34,159 nt of DNA from Clostridia bacterium (GCA_003554565.1 PWGR01000175.1:1-34159), one strand, 5' to 3'. Shown: positions 18,617 to 29,865, counted from the first letter of the stretch. Made by a program: numbers and translations. Notes: generated by a model not told the origin, from the sequence alone.

Positions 18617-19861
18617 TCACAGCTCATAATCAATCTCTTCCTCCGTCGTAAGCCGCGCTACTTGGGCTACGTCCTTATCACCTCGACCAGATAAGCAGAC
18701 CAGAATCAGCGCTTCACCGTCAATTTCGTGCAACGGCAGATTCTTCAAATGACCTATTGCGTGGGCCGGCTCCAGGGCAGGAATGATGCCTTCCGTCTCT
18801 GCCAACCATGCAAAGCCTTGGAGAGCGTCCGCATCGTCTGCAGTAACGTACTCTACGCGATCTGCATCCTTCCAGAAGGCATGCTCAGGACCTACGCCCG
18901 GATAGTCCAGTCCCGCAGATACTGAGTGGGCCGGGATAATTTGGCCGTCTTCATCCTGCAGCAAATACGTCATAGCCCCGTGCAGCACACCCGGATCACC
19001 GGCTGTGAGCGAGGCTGAGTGACGCATATTATCAAGTCCCTGTCCACCGGCCTCCACCCCCACCAACCGAACGTTGCGGTCGCGAACGAAGGGATAAAAG
19101 GTTCCCATGGCATTGCTACCGCCACCCACACAAGCGACGACAAAATCGGGAAGACGTCCCTCCTCTGATTGGAGCTGAGAGCGCGCCTCATCACCCACGA
19201 TCCTCTGGAAATCACGGACCATCACTGGATAGGGATGCGGTCCCACGACGGATCCAATCACGTAATAGCTGTCATCCACATTCGTGACCCAGTCGCGGAT
19301 GGCCTCGTTGATGGCATCTTTGAGGGTCTGGCTTCCGCTTTGTACCGGCACCACGGTGGCACCGAGTAGCTCCATGCGAAAAACATTGAGTCTTTGCCGC
19401 TCAATATCTTCTTGCCCCATGTACACTATGCACTCCAGCCCGAATAGCGCCGCAGCTGTAGCGGTCGCCACACCGTGTTGACCAGCGCCGGTCTCCGCGA
19501 TGATGCGCTTGCGCCCCATGCGGCGCGCCAGCAAGACTTGACCCAGAGTGTTGTTGATCTTGTGAGCCCCAGTGTGGGTGAGGTCTTCTCGCTTGAAATA
19601 GACTTTTGCACCCAGCTCTCGCTCAAGGCGTCGAGCTCGCGTCAGAGGGGTAGGACGTCCCACATAGGAAGTAAGGTGGTGCTGAAGAGTCTTCTGGAAA
19701 GAAGGATTATTTATTTGATCCTGATAGATCTCCGCCAGTTCCTCCAGAGCTGGAATGAGTGTTTCTGGCACAAAGCGGCCCCCATGCCTGCCGAAGCGGC
19801 CGTCTGGTCCCGGGTTGTCCCCCGGCTGCATACCATGTTTTTCAATGTTTCGCTCAGTCAT
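18617..19861 (-). CDS. trpB: tryptophan synthase beta chain
   Basis: The GGRFVPETL and HTGAHKINN (PLP Lys) motifs are present. The ATG at 19861 lies 7 nt after GGAGGGGAG. Confidence 0.95.
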   Translation of the reverse strand: MTERNIEKHGMQPGDNPGPDGRFGRHGGRFVPETLIPALEELAEIYQDQINNPSFQKTLQHHLTSYVGRPTPLTRARRLERELGAKVYFKREDLTHTGAHKINNTLGQVLLARRMGRKRIIAETGAGQHGVATATAAALFGLECIVYMGQEDIERQRLNVFRMELLGATVVPVQSGSQTLKDAINEAIRDWVTNVDDSYYVIGSVVGPHPYPVMVRDFQRIVGDEARSQLQSEEGRLPDFVVACVGGGSNAMGTFYPFVRDRNVRLVGVEAGGQGLDNMRHSASLTAGDPGVLHGAMTYLLQDEDGQIIPAHSVSAGLDYPGVGPEHAFWKDADRVEYVTADDADALQGFAWLAETEGIIPALEPAHAIGHLKNLPLHEIDGEALILVCLSGRGDKDVAQVARLTTEEEIDYEL

Positions 19862-21350
19862 GGTTCGACTCCCCTCCAAATGCCCTGCGGGCTCCTTCGA
19901 CATACTTCACTATTTTTTGCACATCTTTCACACCCGGCTCTCTTTCCAGTCCTGATGAGGCGTCAACTCCACCGGGTTGGACGGTAGCTATCGCTTGGTG
20001 GACGTTTTCCGGTTGCAGTCCTCCGGCCAGCACCAGACGACTGCCGGCTTCAGCTGAGAGGGTGGATGCCTCTTTCGCCAGATCCCAGTCTATGGTCTCG
20101 CCGGTTCCCCCTCGCAATTCGGGATGCTGGCAGTCCAGGAGGACGGCATCGCTCACTCGGGCGTATTTTCGCACCTTCTCCAGGTGTCTATGTCCCCCTA
20201 CCTGCAGGCCTTTCATGATCAGGTATCCCTGAGAACCCAGCATCTGGCATTGCTCTGGCGTCTCGTCTCCGTGAAGCTGAAGCCAGTCGAGTTTGACTGC
20301 TCGATTGGCGCGATAGATTTCTTCCTCACTGGGATTGACGAAGACGCCGATGCGGGCGATGCCGGGTGTGATGAGCCGGGCCAACTCACGAGCATCTTCC
20401 AACGAAACCCGTCGTGGCGAGGGAGCGAAAACGAAGCCAACGGCATCAGCGCCGGCGGTGCGTGCGGCGTTGATCGCCTTTGGAGTAGTTATGCCGCAGA
20501 CTTTGATCCAACCTCTGGGTGGCGCTTGCACACCTGGTCTTCCGGGTGCTGCCAACAGAGCAGCTACTCCGGTGCCGGGTTGGCGATTCTGCATCAGAGT
20601 AGTTCCCACTAAGGCCGCTCGCACTCCTGCTCGTTTGAAGTGCACGAGATCGGACCTTTTGTGCACACCACTTTCACCCACCACAAAAGCGCCGGATCGC
20701 ACCGCCTGTGGCGCCAATCGTGACGTAGTCTTCAAGTCAGTTGCAAATGTTTGTAGGTTGCGGTTATTGATGCCGATGAGTCGGGCGCCAGCTTTGAGGG
20801 CTGTATCCATTTCCGAGCTGGTGTGTACCTCCACGAGGGCATCCATGCCCCAGGTTGTCGCCGATTCCAAGAGATTCTTGAGTCTGCTTGCACAAAACAG
20901 ACCCGCAATGAGAAGAACTGCGTCAGCGCCCATCGCTCTAGCTTCGGTAATCTGTAACGGATCCAAGATAAAATCCTTTCGCAAGACCGGAAGCGATGAT
21001 GCGGACGCCCCTGTTATCAAGTCCTCTGCCGATCCGGCAAAATGGTCTTCTTCGGTGACAATTGATAGACAGGCCGCTCCATTCATCTCATATGCTAATG
21101 CCACTCGGCCAGCATGCAAGTGGTTTGCAATTTTTCCTTTGGACGGAGAAGCGCGCTTGAACTCTGTTATGAGGGCAAATCCGGAGCGTCGAGCAGTGTG
21201 TTCTAGGCGCTTCAGGAAACCTCTGGGTCTGGAAGCTTGGTTGGCGGCCGCCTCCAAACGGTCGGGATTTCCAGACCGGTAGAGGTGCTTTAACCGTTTT
21301 CGAATGTCTCTGACAATGAGCTCAAGAAAGGGTTCTCTGTTGCCCGTCAT
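19854..21350 (-). CDS. trpCF: fused indole-3-glycerol-phosphate synthase / phosphoribosylanthranilate isomerase (TrpC-TrpF)
   Basis: The N-terminal half is IGPS ([26 protein letters not shown]). A Pro/Gly-rich linker follows. The C-terminal half is PRAI (IKVCGIT, LQLHGDE, LAGGL). Confidence 0.9.
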   Translation of the reverse strand: MTGNREPFLELIVRDIRKRLKHLYRSGNPDRLEAAANQASRPRGFLKRLEHTARRSGFALITEFKRASPSKGKIANHLHAGRVALAYEMNGAACLSIVTEEDHFAGSAEDLITGASASSLPVLRKDFILDPLQITEARAMGADAVLLIAGLFCASRLKNLLESATTWGMDALVEVHTSSEMDTALKAGARLIGINNRNLQTFATDLKTTSRLAPQAVRSGAFVVGESGVHKRSDLVHFKRAGVRAALVGTTLMQNRQPGTGVAALLAAPGRPGVQAPPRGWIKVCGITTPKAINAARTAGADAVGFVFAPSPRRVSLEDARELARLITPGIARIGVFVNPSEEEIYRANRAVKLDWLQLHGDETPEQCQMLGSQGYLIMKGLQVGGHRHLEKVRKYARVSDAVLLDCQHPELRGGTGETIDWDLAKEASTLSAEAGSRLVLAGGLQPENVHQAIATVQPGGVDASSGLEREPGVKDVQKIVKYVEGARRAFGGESNHD

Positions 21351-22416
21351 GTGCTTCATCCTCCCCACCCAGTGCCTGTGTCACATCCACCAGTTCTTCT
21401 AGTAGTCTCAATGCTTTCCCCTCATCCACGGCCCGAGCGGATTGCCGAACGCCGTCTTCCAGATGTCTTGCCTTCCCGGCTGCGGTGAGAGCAGCCGCAG
21501 CATTAAGCAATACCGCATCTCGTCGAGGCCCTGGGTCTCCTTCGAGTACGGCTCGTAACAGTCGTGCATTTTCGCAGGCATCGCCACCAACCAGACACTC
21601 GACAGGTTGCGGACTGAGCCCGACTTCTCGTGGGGTCACTTCGAAAGTCTCGACTCGTTGATCCTCAGGACGGAACCGACTGACCCGAGAGGCGCCGGAC
21701 AGGGTCAACTCATCCAATCCATCGCCATGAACCACCCAGGCTTCACGGGCTCCCAAACGTCCGAGTACCCTGGCGATGGGTTCTGTCAGCTCCGGATCGT
21801 ACACGCCTACTAGTTGCACATCAGCCCCCGCCGGGTTGGTAAGAGGCCCCAGGATGTTGAATACTGTTCGAATGGCGAGTTCTTTTCGAGGGCCGAGGGC
21901 GTGTTTCATGGCTGTGTGAAAACGAGGGGCGAATAGAAAGCCGATGCCGATTCGCTCTACACAATGCGCAACCTGTGCTGGGGTCAAAGTCAGCCTTACT
22001 CCCAGGGACTCGAGAACGTCCGCGCTTCCGCAGGCCGAGGATACTGATCGGTTGCCGTGCTTTGCCACTGATACACCAGCGGCGGCAGCTACGAAGGCGG
22101 CTGCAGGGGAAATATTGAAAGTTGCTCGTCCATCTCCGCCCGTTCCACAGGTGTCGACCAGAGGGCGATCTTGCACGTTGACCCTCGTGGCAGCTCGGCG
22201 CATGACTCGAGCGCTTCCGGTGATTTCGTCTACTGTTTCACCCTTCATTCGCAAGGCGACCAGGTAACCGGCGACCTGGCTTGGTGTCGCTCGGCCGCTC
22301 ATGATGAGATCCATGGCTCTTTCGGCCATAGATTCGGGTAGATCGCGCCCAGCCACCAATCGTCCGATGTAGTGGGAAAGGCAGCCATTTTCTTTGCCAC
22401 CGAGTCGGATCAACAT
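21322..22416 (-). CDS. trpD: anthranilate phosphoribosyltransferase
   Basis: The DTCGTGGDG, KHGNRS and NPAG motifs are present. Confidence 0.93.
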   Translation of the reverse strand: MLIRLGGKENGCLSHYIGRLVAGRDLPESMAERAMDLIMSGRATPSQVAGYLVALRMKGETVDEITGSARVMRRAATRVNVQDRPLVDTCGTGGDGRATFNISPAAAFVAAAAGVSVAKHGNRSVSSACGSADVLESLGVRLTLTPAQVAHCVERIGIGFLFAPRFHTAMKHALGPRKELAIRTVFNILGPLTNPAGADVQLVGVYDPELTEPIARVLGRLGAREAWVVHGDGLDELTLSGASRVSRFRPEDQRVETFEVTPREVGLSPQPVECLVGGDACENARLLRAVLEGDPGPRRDAVLLNAAAALTAAGKARHLEDGVRQSARAVDEGKALRLLEELVDVTQALGGEDEAHDGQQRTLS

Positions 22417-22419
22417 TGC

Positions 22420-22986
22420 TCACCCTCTCTTGCAAAAATTCTTGAGCATGCGTTTCCCGTCTTGGGTCAGTATCGACTCGGGATGAAACTGCACGCCTTC
22501 CACAGGGTGTTCTCGGTGCCTGATTCCCATCATGACTCCTTCGGAATCCCGAGCGGTTACTTGAAGTTTTGGGGTCAGCGTTGCCTCATCGATGATCAGC
22601 GAGTGATATCGTGTCGCCATAAATGGATTGGATACGTCGTGGTATAAGGCACCCCCTTCATGAGTGATGCGGGAGGTCTTTCCGTGCATGATCACGGGGG
22701 CAGATCTCACTTTGCATCCATAAGCCTTACCAACGGCTAGATGACCGAGGCAGACACCAAGAATGGGAATCTCTGAACCCAAGGTGCGGATGAGTTCGAC
22801 GCTGATGCCGGCCTCCTCTGGTGTACCTGGGCCAGGAGAAATGAGGATGTGTTGTGGCTTCATAGCCCCGATTTCACCTACTGTGATCTGGTCATTGCGC
22901 ACAACATGCAGTTCCGCTCCCAATTCCCCGAGATATTGCACCAGGTTGTAAGTGAAGGAGTCGTAGTTATCCAGGACAACAATCAC
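22420..22986 (-). CDS. trpG: anthranilate synthase component II (glutamine amidotransferase)
   Basis: The class I GATase triad context is present (GVCLGH, HPES). The GTG start overlaps the trpE stop (GTGA). Confidence 0.93.
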   Translation of the reverse strand: MIVVLDNYDSFTYNLVQYLGELGAELHVVRNDQITVGEIGAMKPQHILISPGPGTPEEAGISVELIRTLGSEIPILGVCLGHLAVGKAYGCKVRSAPVIMHGKTSRITHEGGALYHDVSNPFMATRYHSLIIDEATLTPKLQVTARDSEGVMMGIRHREHPVEGVQFHPESILTQDGKRMLKNFCKRG

Positions 22987-24467
22987 GGGAGCACACTCCC
23001 CTCGGCCCGCTCCAGGGCGGCGAGTAAACCGCCTGCCTTGCTGAGAGTCTCTTCATATTCGCTTTGCGGTTCGGAGTCAGCCACGATTCCGGCGCCAGCT
23101 TGGATATAAGCGCGACCGTCCTTGATGACTACGGTGCGTATGATGATGCAACTATCCAGATTACCCGAAAACCCCAGGTATCCCACGGCACCTCCGTACG
23201 GGCCTCGTTGATCTCGCTCCATTTCGGCAATGATCTCCATAGCCCGCACCTTGGGAGCCCCGGACAAAGTCCCGGCAGGAAAACAGGCTTTGAGGGCATC
23301 GATGCCATCCTTGTCTGGACGTAACTTTCCCTCTACCTGAGATACGAGGTGCATGACGTGTGAATACCGCTCAACGTCGAGCAACTCGGGGACCCGGACG
23401 CTTCCGTATTGTGCGATGCGACCGACATCGTTGCGGCCGAGATCCACAAGCATGACGTGTTCGGCGCGTTCTTTTTCATCATTTCGCAGATCTTCTTCCA
23501 ATAGCTGATCTTCAGCGTCATCTTGACCCCTTCGCCGCGTGCCGGCGAGCGGTCTCGTCTCCACCACGCCATCCACTACTCTCACTAGAAGCTCTGGCGA
23601 CGAACCAACCAGCGTGACATCAGGTAAATCGAGATAGAAGTTGTAAGGAGAGGGATTGAGTGAGCGCAAGTGCCGATAGACTGTGAAGCTGGAGGCGCTG
23701 AGACGAGTTTCTAGTCTTTGCGAGAGAACCACCTGAAGGATGTCTCCAGCTCGTATGTAGTTACGGGCACGCTGCACGCTGGAAGTAAAATCCTCTCTAC
23801 GCACATTGCTGACTGGTTCAAAGGATGTTGTTGGCGGTTTTTCCTCGGATGGAGGAGATGGTTCTTCCATGCGCTGCAAAATTTTCTGCACTGTTTTTTC
23901 GGCGTGACGATAAGCGCCCTTTGGATCCTGTCCCGGAAAGGTATTAACAATCAATTTGATACGGTTGGTGGCATGATCAAAAGCTGTCACCAACCGCGAC
24001 ATGATGAACTGACTGTCTGGCAGATCGACCGGCTGGCCGGCAGCAGTAGGGATGTCTTCAATGTGAGCGGCCATTTCATAACCAAGGTATCCCACGGCGC
24101 CACCGAAGAATGGAGGTAGGTGTTCGCGGGCAAAGTCGAGGGTCCGTTGGCCCGGAGTGTAGTAGTTGGTCCAGGCCCGCAGGGCATCGAAAGGATCGTC
24201 GGGCAGCTTGGGTTCATCCTGTCCCGTCACTTCTGTGCGGCCCTCCCGAATGGTGAGGGTTGCAAATGGATCAGTGCCGATGAAGGAATGGCGTCCCACT
24301 TGTGCTCCCCCGGCCACACTCTCCAGTAAATATGAGGGCGCATCACTACTCAACTTGCGATACAAGGATATCGGAGTATGCTCATCAGCTATGATATCTG
24401 CATAGACGGGGACGACGCCTCCCTCTCGGGCCAGCTGACAGTATGTTTCTGGTTCTGGACATAACAT
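22983..24467 (-). CDS. trpE: anthranilate synthase component I
   Basis: The LESV, GAVGYLG and GAGIVADS motifs are present. The ATG at 24467 lies 8 nt after AAGGAG. The listed ORF extension to 24815 is the T-box leader. Confidence 0.93.
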   Translation of the reverse strand: MLCPEPETYCQLAREGGVVPVYADIIADEHTPISLYRKLSSDAPSYLLESVAGGAQVGRHSFIGTDPFATLTIREGRTEVTGQDEPKLPDDPFDALRAWTNYYTPGQRTLDFAREHLPPFFGGAVGYLGYEMAAHIEDIPTAAGQPVDLPDSQFIMSRLVTAFDHATNRIKLIVNTFPGQDPKGAYRHAEKTVQKILQRMEEPSPPSEEKPPTTSFEPVSNVRREDFTSSVQRARNYIRAGDILQVVLSQRLETRLSASSFTVYRHLRSLNPSPYNFYLDLPDVTLVGSSPELLVRVVDGVVETRPLAGTRRRGQDDAEDQLLEEDLRNDEKERAEHVMLVDLGRNDVGRIAQYGSVRVPELLDVERYSHVMHLVSQVEGKLRPDKDGIDALKACFPAGTLSGAPKVRAMEIIAEMERDQRGPYGGAVGYLGFSGNLDSCIIIRTVVIKDGRAYIQAGAGIVADSEPQSEYEETLSKAGGLLAALERAEGSVLP

Positions 24468-24640
24468 AGTTCTTGCTCCTTTCAGCGAAGTTAGGACGGA
24501 ACAAAAAAACGTCCGCCCCCGACGGGGACGGACGTTACCGCGGTACCACCCTGTTTGGGTACCCGGGCCACCGAATGGTGGTCCCGTCAAGACCCCTCTC
24601 ACCAAGGTGCGAAAATGTGCATGGCCGATATCCTCTGTAT
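24468..24640 (-). promoter_or_regulatory. proximal T-box element of the tandem trp leader, with terminator
   Basis: The T-box core is AGGGUGGUACCGCGG (24538-24552). The terminator CGUCCGUCCCC-GUC-GGGGGCGGACG plus U7 spans 24502-24535. A stem I distal module reads UGGUG-AGAGG-GGUC...GACC-CACCA. The specifier could not be assigned with confidence. Confidence 0.7.
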
Positions 24641-24915
24641 AAACAAAAAACCTCCGGTCCCCATGGGACGGAAGGTTCCGTGGTGCCACCCATTTTGAAG
24701 CGCATGCTGCGCTCTCTTCGGCCAGATGCGATCTCACACCTGCCTCAATATAACGGTAGAGGTTCCGGCTCAGCCTACACGGCGTACGCTTTCGGCTTGC
24801 AGCTTGCGGGCCCATTCACCATCATCCTGAGCATCGGGCTTTCACTAACCCCGACTCGCTACGACTCGGATTTGATGGATACTTCTCCCGCGCATCGCAT
24901 TTTACATATTTCAGT
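24641..24915 (-). promoter_or_regulatory. distal T-box riboswitch (Trp, UGG specifier) with terminator
   Basis: The stem I base is GCGGG/CCCGC, with AGAAGUA on the 5' side and GAA-UGG-G on the 3' side (UGG at 24812-24814). The distal loop is GUUAGUGAAAGC. The T-box core is AUGGGUGGCACCACGG (24678-24693). The terminator is followed by UUUUUUGUUU (24641-24677). Confidence 0.85.
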
Positions 24916-24924
24916 ATTAAAGTA

Positions 24925-24953
24925 TTTATATCATAACATGATTTTCCTGTAAA
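24925..24953 (-). promoter_or_regulatory. trp operon sigma-A promoter (TTTACA-17 nt-TATAAA)
   Basis: On the minus strand the -35 TTTACA is at 24948-24953 and the -10 TATAAA at 24925-24930, with exact 17-nt spacing. Confidence 0.7.
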
Positions 24954-25113
24954 GGGGGTCACGCATGTTTTTGGCAACCCCGACGGCATAGAAAGGCAAC
25001 GTAAAAAATGCATAACATCCTGATTGTGTTGTTGAGTTTTCGCGGAGGAACTACTTCAGGGATTGCGGGTGCAGGTCGCAATGATCCGTATATTATGAGT
25101 GGATGCTCCTCAA

Positions 25114-25142
25114 TTGACCGCTATATACCGAATGATTATACT
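25114..25142 (+). promoter_or_regulatory. pur operon sigma-A promoter (TTGACC-17 nt-TATACT)
   Basis: The -35 is at 25114-25119 and the -10 at 25137-25142, about 30-50 nt upstream of the purS start candidates. Confidence 0.65.
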
Positions 25143-25174
25143 GTAAGTGCCTCTTATATATCGGAAATGGGGTT

Positions 25175-25453
25175 ATGGAAAGGTTGATTTTTGTGCTGAT
25201 GCGCGTGGTGGTAACGCTGAAGCCCGGCGTACAGGATCCGGAGGGTGCGACGATCACAGATTCCCTACAGAGGATTGGTTTTGCGTCGGTCAACCGGGTG
25301 ACTGTTGGGCGGCACTTCGACATCGAGATCCCCGGGCGGGACGAGGATCGTATACGGCGTGAGGTGGAAAAGATGTGTGAATCACTTCTGGTGAATCCGG
25401 TTCTGCAAGATTATCACATCGAGCGAATACAGGGACCGCAACCCGCCGGGTGA
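25175..25453 (+). CDS. purS: phosphoribosylformylglycinamidine synthase subunit PurS
   Basis: RVVVTLKPGVQDPEG...EKMCESLLVNPVLQDY matches the PurS pattern. The start is uncertain: ATG 25175, GTG 25193 (9 nt after GGAAAGG) or ATG 25199. Confidence 0.88.
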   Translation: MERLIFVLMRVVVTLKPGVQDPEGATITDSLQRIGFASVNRVTVGRHFDIEIPGRDEDRIRREVEKMCESLLVNPVLQDYHIERIQGPQPAG

Positions 25454-25484
25454 GGGGATGCAGGAAATGTATGGAGGTGCCATT

Positions 25485-26183
25485 GTGCAGTTTTGCGTCG
25501 TAACTTATCCGGGTTCCAACTGCGACCGTGACTGTTACCATGTCATAGGCGAGGTTCTGGGAGAACCGGTCCGATATCTCCGACATTGGGCTGAGCACGT
25601 GCCACGGGGAACGAGCTGTGTGGTGTTGCCCGGCGGATTCTCTTACGGGGACTACCTGCGACCGGGAGCCATTGCCGCCCGCATGCCGGTTACCGGTGCC
25701 ATCGAGGACTTCGCGGCAGGCGGTGGTCTGGTATTGGGCATCTGCAACGGTTTTCAGATTTTGTGTGAGGCGGGACTCCTCCCGGGATCACTCATTGTGA
25801 ACGATCATCTTGCATTTTCCTGTCTTCCGGTTCATGTCCGTGTGGAGGGGGATCCTTCGCCTTTCACTCATTCGCTCAAACAGGGGGAGGTGCTGCGGAT
25901 GCCCATCGCGCATCGGGATGGGAACTACAGGCCGCCCTCCGATGGGGCGCAGCCACAAGTGGCATTGCGCTACTGCTCTCCGGCGGGCGAACTCGGAGAA
26001 GACTATAACCCCAACGGCTCGCAATACTCGACGGCGGCGATCACCAACGAGCGCGGCAATGTGATGGGCATGATGCCGCACCCAGAGCGCTGCGCGGAAT
26101 CGATCCTGGGAGGCGAGGATGGAATGCGCGTTCTCCAGTCAGCGGTTGACTGGTGGAAGGAGGTAGGCAGTTATGGGATCTGA
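25485..26183 (+). CDS. purQ: phosphoribosylformylglycinamidine synthase I (glutaminase subunit PurQ)
   Basis: The FPGSNCD-like YPGSNCDRD motif, GICNGFQ (catalytic Cys) and MPHPER are present. The GTG at 25485 follows GGAGGTG. Confidence 0.9.
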   Translation: MQFCVVTYPGSNCDRDCYHVIGEVLGEPVRYLRHWAEHVPRGTSCVVLPGGFSYGDYLRPGAIAARMPVTGAIEDFAAGGGLVLGICNGFQILCEAGLLPGSLIVNDHLAFSCLPVHVRVEGDPSPFTHSLKQGEVLRMPIAHRDGNYRPPSDGAQPQVALRYCSPAGELGEDYNPNGSQYSTAAITNERGNVMGMMPHPERCAESILGGEDGMRVLQSAVDWWKEVGSYGI

Positions 26184-28380
26184 GCCGCGTATGGCCTCCT
26201 GGGAGGAGGCGGGACTGACTGCGAAGGAATACGACGAAATTTGCGAGCAACTGCGCCGTCCGCCCAATGCGCTCGAACTGGGGATGTACGGCCTCATGTG
26301 GTCCGAACACTGCAGCTATAAGAGCTCACTGCTGCATCTGGAGCAATTGCCCACTGAGGGGGAGAGGGTCCTGCAGGGACCCGGCGAAAACGCGGGAATC
26401 ATCGACCTGGGAGATGGTTTGGCCGCAGCCTTCCGCATCGAATCGCACAACCACCCCAGTGCCGTGGAGCCGGTGCAGGGCGCGGCGACGGGTGTCGGCG
26501 GCATACTGCGCGACATACTCGCAGTGGGAGCCCGGCCGATCGCCCTGCTGGATTCTCTCCGATTTGGAAATCTCCACGACTCCCGGGTTGAGCACCTATT
26601 CTCGGGGGTGGTGTCGGGAATAAGCCAGTACGGTAACAGCGTGGGCGTCCCGACGGTGGGAGGCGAGGTGTACTTCGACGATGCTTACGCGGACAATCCC
26701 CTGGTGAATGTGATGTGTGTGGGGATAATGTCCACAGAACAGCTGACCCGGGGTACAGCCGTCGGGCCCGGCAATCCCGTGTACATAGTCGGCGCACCCA
26801 CGGGCAGGGACGGTATTCATGGAGCCAGTCTGCTCGCTTCCCGTCAGCTGGGCGACGGGGACGGGGATATGCGACCGGCTGTTCAGGTCGGCGACCCCTT
26901 CAGAGAAAAGCTCTTGATCGAGGGATGCCTGGAGATGCTGCAAAGCGATGCCGTGATCGGTCTCAACGACCTGGGCGCGGCCGGATTGACTTCAGCGGCT
27001 TCTGAAACGGCCGCCCGGGGCGGCACAGGTATGGACATCGACATTCGGGCAGTGCCGCGGCGAGAGTCCGACATGACGCCATATGAGATAATGCTCAGTG
27101 AATCGCAGGAGCGCATGCTGGTCATCGGGCGAAGAGGCTGTGAGGAAGAAATAGAAGAGACATTCCGCCGCTGGGAACTGGACGCTGCCTGTATCGGCAA
27201 GGTTACGAACGACGAGGTTCTGAGCATCCGGGACGGCGAGCGGATTCTGGCCCACATACCGGTACAGAGTCTGACCAGCGGCGCCCCCAGGTACGATCGA
27301 CCCACGCGACCCCCGTCAGATTGTGCGGCGCGGGAGGCAGGCGCGGAAGAGATTCCGATTCCGCATGATGCAGGGGATGCTCTCCTCCAGATGCTGTCGC
27401 ATCCAAATCTCTGCTCCCGACGCTCCATCTACCGCCAGTACGATCACATGGTGGGTATAGATACAGTCCTGACACCTGGGGCTGACGCTGCAGTCCTGCG
27501 CATCAAGGGGACGGAGCGGGGGCTGGCCCTGGTCACCGATGGCAATGGCATGCTGTGTCGGCTCGACCCCGAACGGGGCGCGGCACAGACCGTGGCGGAA
27601 AGCTACCGGAACATATGCGCCGTGGGCGGCGAACCACTGGCAGTGACCAATTGCCTCAATTTCGCCGACCCCGAACACCCGGAAGTCATGCACGCCTTTC
27701 AACAGGTTGTGCAGGGCATGGCCCGAGCCTGCCGGGAGCTGAACACACCGGTGACCGGAGGCAACGTCAGCTTCTATAACCAGACTCTCGACCGGGGCAT
27801 TGCTCCCACCCCGGTCATCGGCATGGTGGGCTCTGTGGATGACGTTAGCAGGTGCCCGGGCAGGGGATTCCAGAGGCCCGGCGATGCCGTCCTCATGGCG
27901 GGACAGATCAATACGGCGAAACTGGCAGCCTCCCAGTATTTGAACATAATGCACGGGTTGCAGGAGGGACCGGTACCGGAGGTGGACTACGACGCAGAGC
28001 GGCGAGCCGGAGAACTGTGCCGGCGCGCGATCATGGAGGACGCCGTCCACTCAGCAACCGACATCTCGGACGGAGGGCTGATGATCGCCGTGAGTGAGTG
28101 CGGGGCAGCCTCGGATGAAGGGTTGGGATGTCGACTGGATCTGACTGACTCCCGGCGACCAGACGAGCTCCTGTTCGGCGAGGGGGGTCCCCGCTATCTG
28201 CTGACCGTACCGGAGGATCAGATCGACACCCTGGTGTGTCTCGCCAGAGAAACACAGTGCCCCGTCGAGCGCATAGGCACGGTGGGCGGAAGCGAAGTGC
28301 AGGTGCACGTCAACGGTGAACTGATACTGAGGGCCTCAGTACCAAGCCTCTGCCGTGCCAGAGGGGAGGGGCTGACCTGA
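26173..28380 (+). CDS. purL: phosphoribosylformylglycinamidine synthase II (PurL)
   Basis: The 735-aa protein carries the SEHCSYK, ESHNHPS and GGILRD motifs. The ATG follows AAGGAGG and overlaps the purQ end. Confidence 0.95.
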   Translation: MGSEPRMASWEEAGLTAKEYDEICEQLRRPPNALELGMYGLMWSEHCSYKSSLLHLEQLPTEGERVLQGPGENAGIIDLGDGLAAAFRIESHNHPSAVEPVQGAATGVGGILRDILAVGARPIALLDSLRFGNLHDSRVEHLFSGVVSGISQYGNSVGVPTVGGEVYFDDAYADNPLVNVMCVGIMSTEQLTRGTAVGPGNPVYIVGAPTGRDGIHGASLLASRQLGDGDGDMRPAVQVGDPFREKLLIEGCLEMLQSDAVIGLNDLGAAGLTSAASETAARGGTGMDIDIRAVPRRESDMTPYEIMLSESQERMLVIGRRGCEEEIEETFRRWELDAACIGKVTNDEVLSIRDGERILAHIPVQSLTSGAPRYDRPTRPPSDCAAREAGAEEIPIPHDAGDALLQMLSHPNLCSRRSIYRQYDHMVGIDTVLTPGADAAVLRIKGTERGLALVTDGNGMLCRLDPERGAAQTVAESYRNICAVGGEPLAVTNCLNFADPEHPEVMHAFQQVVQGMARACRELNTPVTGGNVSFYNQTLDRGIAPTPVIGMVGSVDDVSRCPGRGFQRPGDAVLMAGQINTAKLAASQYLNIMHGLQEGPVPEVDYDAERRAGELCRRAIMEDAVHSATDISDGGLMIAVSECGAASDEGLGCRLDLTDSRRPDELLFGEGGPRYLLTVPEDQIDTLVCLARETQCPVERIGTVGGSEVQVHVNGELILRASVPSLCRARGEGLT

Positions 28381-29768
28381 CAGAGAATCTGAGGGAAGAA
28401 TGTGGAATCTGTGGGGTAGTGGGCCATCCGCACGCGGCAGCGCTTGTCCATCACGGGCTTTACGCACTACAGCACCGTGGGCAGGAGTCAGCGGGAATTA
28501 CCGCCTGCAATCAAGAGGGAACTGAGCTGGTGACACACAGGGGGACCGGATTGCTGTCCGACGTTTTCAGCGGGTACGACCTGAATTGTCTGCAAGGCGA
28601 GATGGCCATAGGCCACGTCAGGTACTCGACGACCGGGGAGAGCTCTCTACTCAACGCTCAACCTCTCGTGGTTCAAATCGACGGGCATTCGGTGGCCCTT
28701 GGGCACAACGGAAATCTGGTCAATGCGGCAGCTCTTCGACGCAAGCTGGAAACAGAGGGCAGCATATTTCAGACCAGCTCCGACACGGAGGTGATCGCGC
28801 ACCTGACGGCCAGAGCCGGGGAAGAGGGCATCGGAGAAAGGCTGCGTGCCGCCCTGCGTCAGGTGCGCGGCGCCTACGGTCTCGTTTTCCTGACCCCTAA
28901 GGCACTCTACGCTGCCCGCGACCCACATGGACTTCGACCCCTTTGCCTGGGCCACATAGAAGGAGCATGGATGGTAGCATCAGAGACCTGCGCTCTGGAT
29001 GCGGTTGGAGCGCAGTTCGAGCGTGAGGTCAAACCGGGTGAATTCCTGTACATAGGGCAGGACCAGATGCACAGTTCGGGTCTCGGACCCGAGTCATGCC
29101 GTTGCACACCATGCATATTCGAACACATCTATTTCGCACGCCCCGACAGCAAGATTGGAGCTCGGAATGCGCACCAGATTCGCAAGAAGATGGGACAAAT
29201 ACTCGCGCGCGAACACCCCATTGCAGCCGACCTGGTCTCCGGGGTGCCCGACTCAAGCCTCTCGGCCGCCTCGGGATACGCTGAAGAGGCAGGACTACCA
29301 TACGAAATGTCGCTGGTTCGCAATCGCTACGTGGGTCGAACGTTCATTCAACCGGGGGATGAACTGCGCCGTCTGGCAGTACGACTGAAATTCAACCCCC
29401 TGGAGAAAGTGGTGCAGGGGCGCCGTTTGATTTTAGTAGATGATTCGGTTGTGCGGGGAACCACCTCCAGAGCTCTGATTCAACTACTCAGAGAGGCCGG
29501 AGCTGAAGAGATCCATCTCCGCATAACATCTCCCCCGTACAGACATCCATGCTACTACGGAATCAATACCAGCTGCCGCTCGCAGTTGATAGCAGCGGGA
29601 CGGTCGGTAGGCGAGACCGGAACACTGCTCGGCGCAGATTCTCTGCGGTACCTCTCGATAGAGGGTACCGCTGCAGCTGCGGGGGGTACAGTGGAGCAGT
29701 TCTGCACTGCCTGCTTCTCCGGCGAGTATCCCGTACCGGTAGCCGAAGCGGGGGGGAGCAGGTCATGA
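28377..29768 (+). CDS. purF: amidophosphoribosyltransferase (PurF), probable CTG start overlapping the purL stop
   Basis: [32 protein letters not shown] aligns with the B. subtilis PurF propeptide/Cys1 region. The catalytic Cys codon is at 28401-28403, upstream of the first ATG/GTG/TTG (28419). The 4Fe-4S Cys ligands are present ([19 protein letters not shown]). Confidence 0.85.
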   Translation: MTENLREECGICGVVGHPHAAALVHHGLYALQHRGQESAGITACNQEGTELVTHRGTGLLSDVFSGYDLNCLQGEMAIGHVRYSTTGESSLLNAQPLVVQIDGHSVALGHNGNLVNAAALRRKLETEGSIFQTSSDTEVIAHLTARAGEEGIGERLRAALRQVRGAYGLVFLTPKALYAARDPHGLRPLCLGHIEGAWMVASETCALDAVGAQFEREVKPGEFLYIGQDQMHSSGLGPESCRCTPCIFEHIYFARPDSKIGARNAHQIRKKMGQILAREHPIAADLVSGVPDSSLSAASGYAEEAGLPYEMSLVRNRYVGRTFIQPGDELRRLAVRLKFNPLEKVVQGRRLILVDDSVVRGTTSRALIQLLREAGAEEIHLRITSPPYRHPCYYGINTSCRSQLIAAGRSVGETGTLLGADSLRYLSIEGTAAAAGGTVEQFCTACFSGEYPVPVAEAGGSRS

Positions 29769-29865
29769 GAGATGATCTGCACGAGCCGGAAAAGTCACCT
29801 CCCATCAATGAATAATGCGGAATCAAACGTTGCAATCTTGCGCCGCCCGACCACCCGCAGCTGCC

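Noticed and set aside
25121-25137. TATACCGAATGAT in the pur promoter spacer might be a PurBox (AWWWCCGAACWWT).
   Set aside because: Only the CCGAA core matches, and no second inverted PurBox is present at the expected distance.
25143-25175. A purine riboswitch might lie upstream of purS.
   Set aside because: The leader between the predicted -10 and purS is under 50 nt and lacks the conserved purine-riboswitch junction sequences.
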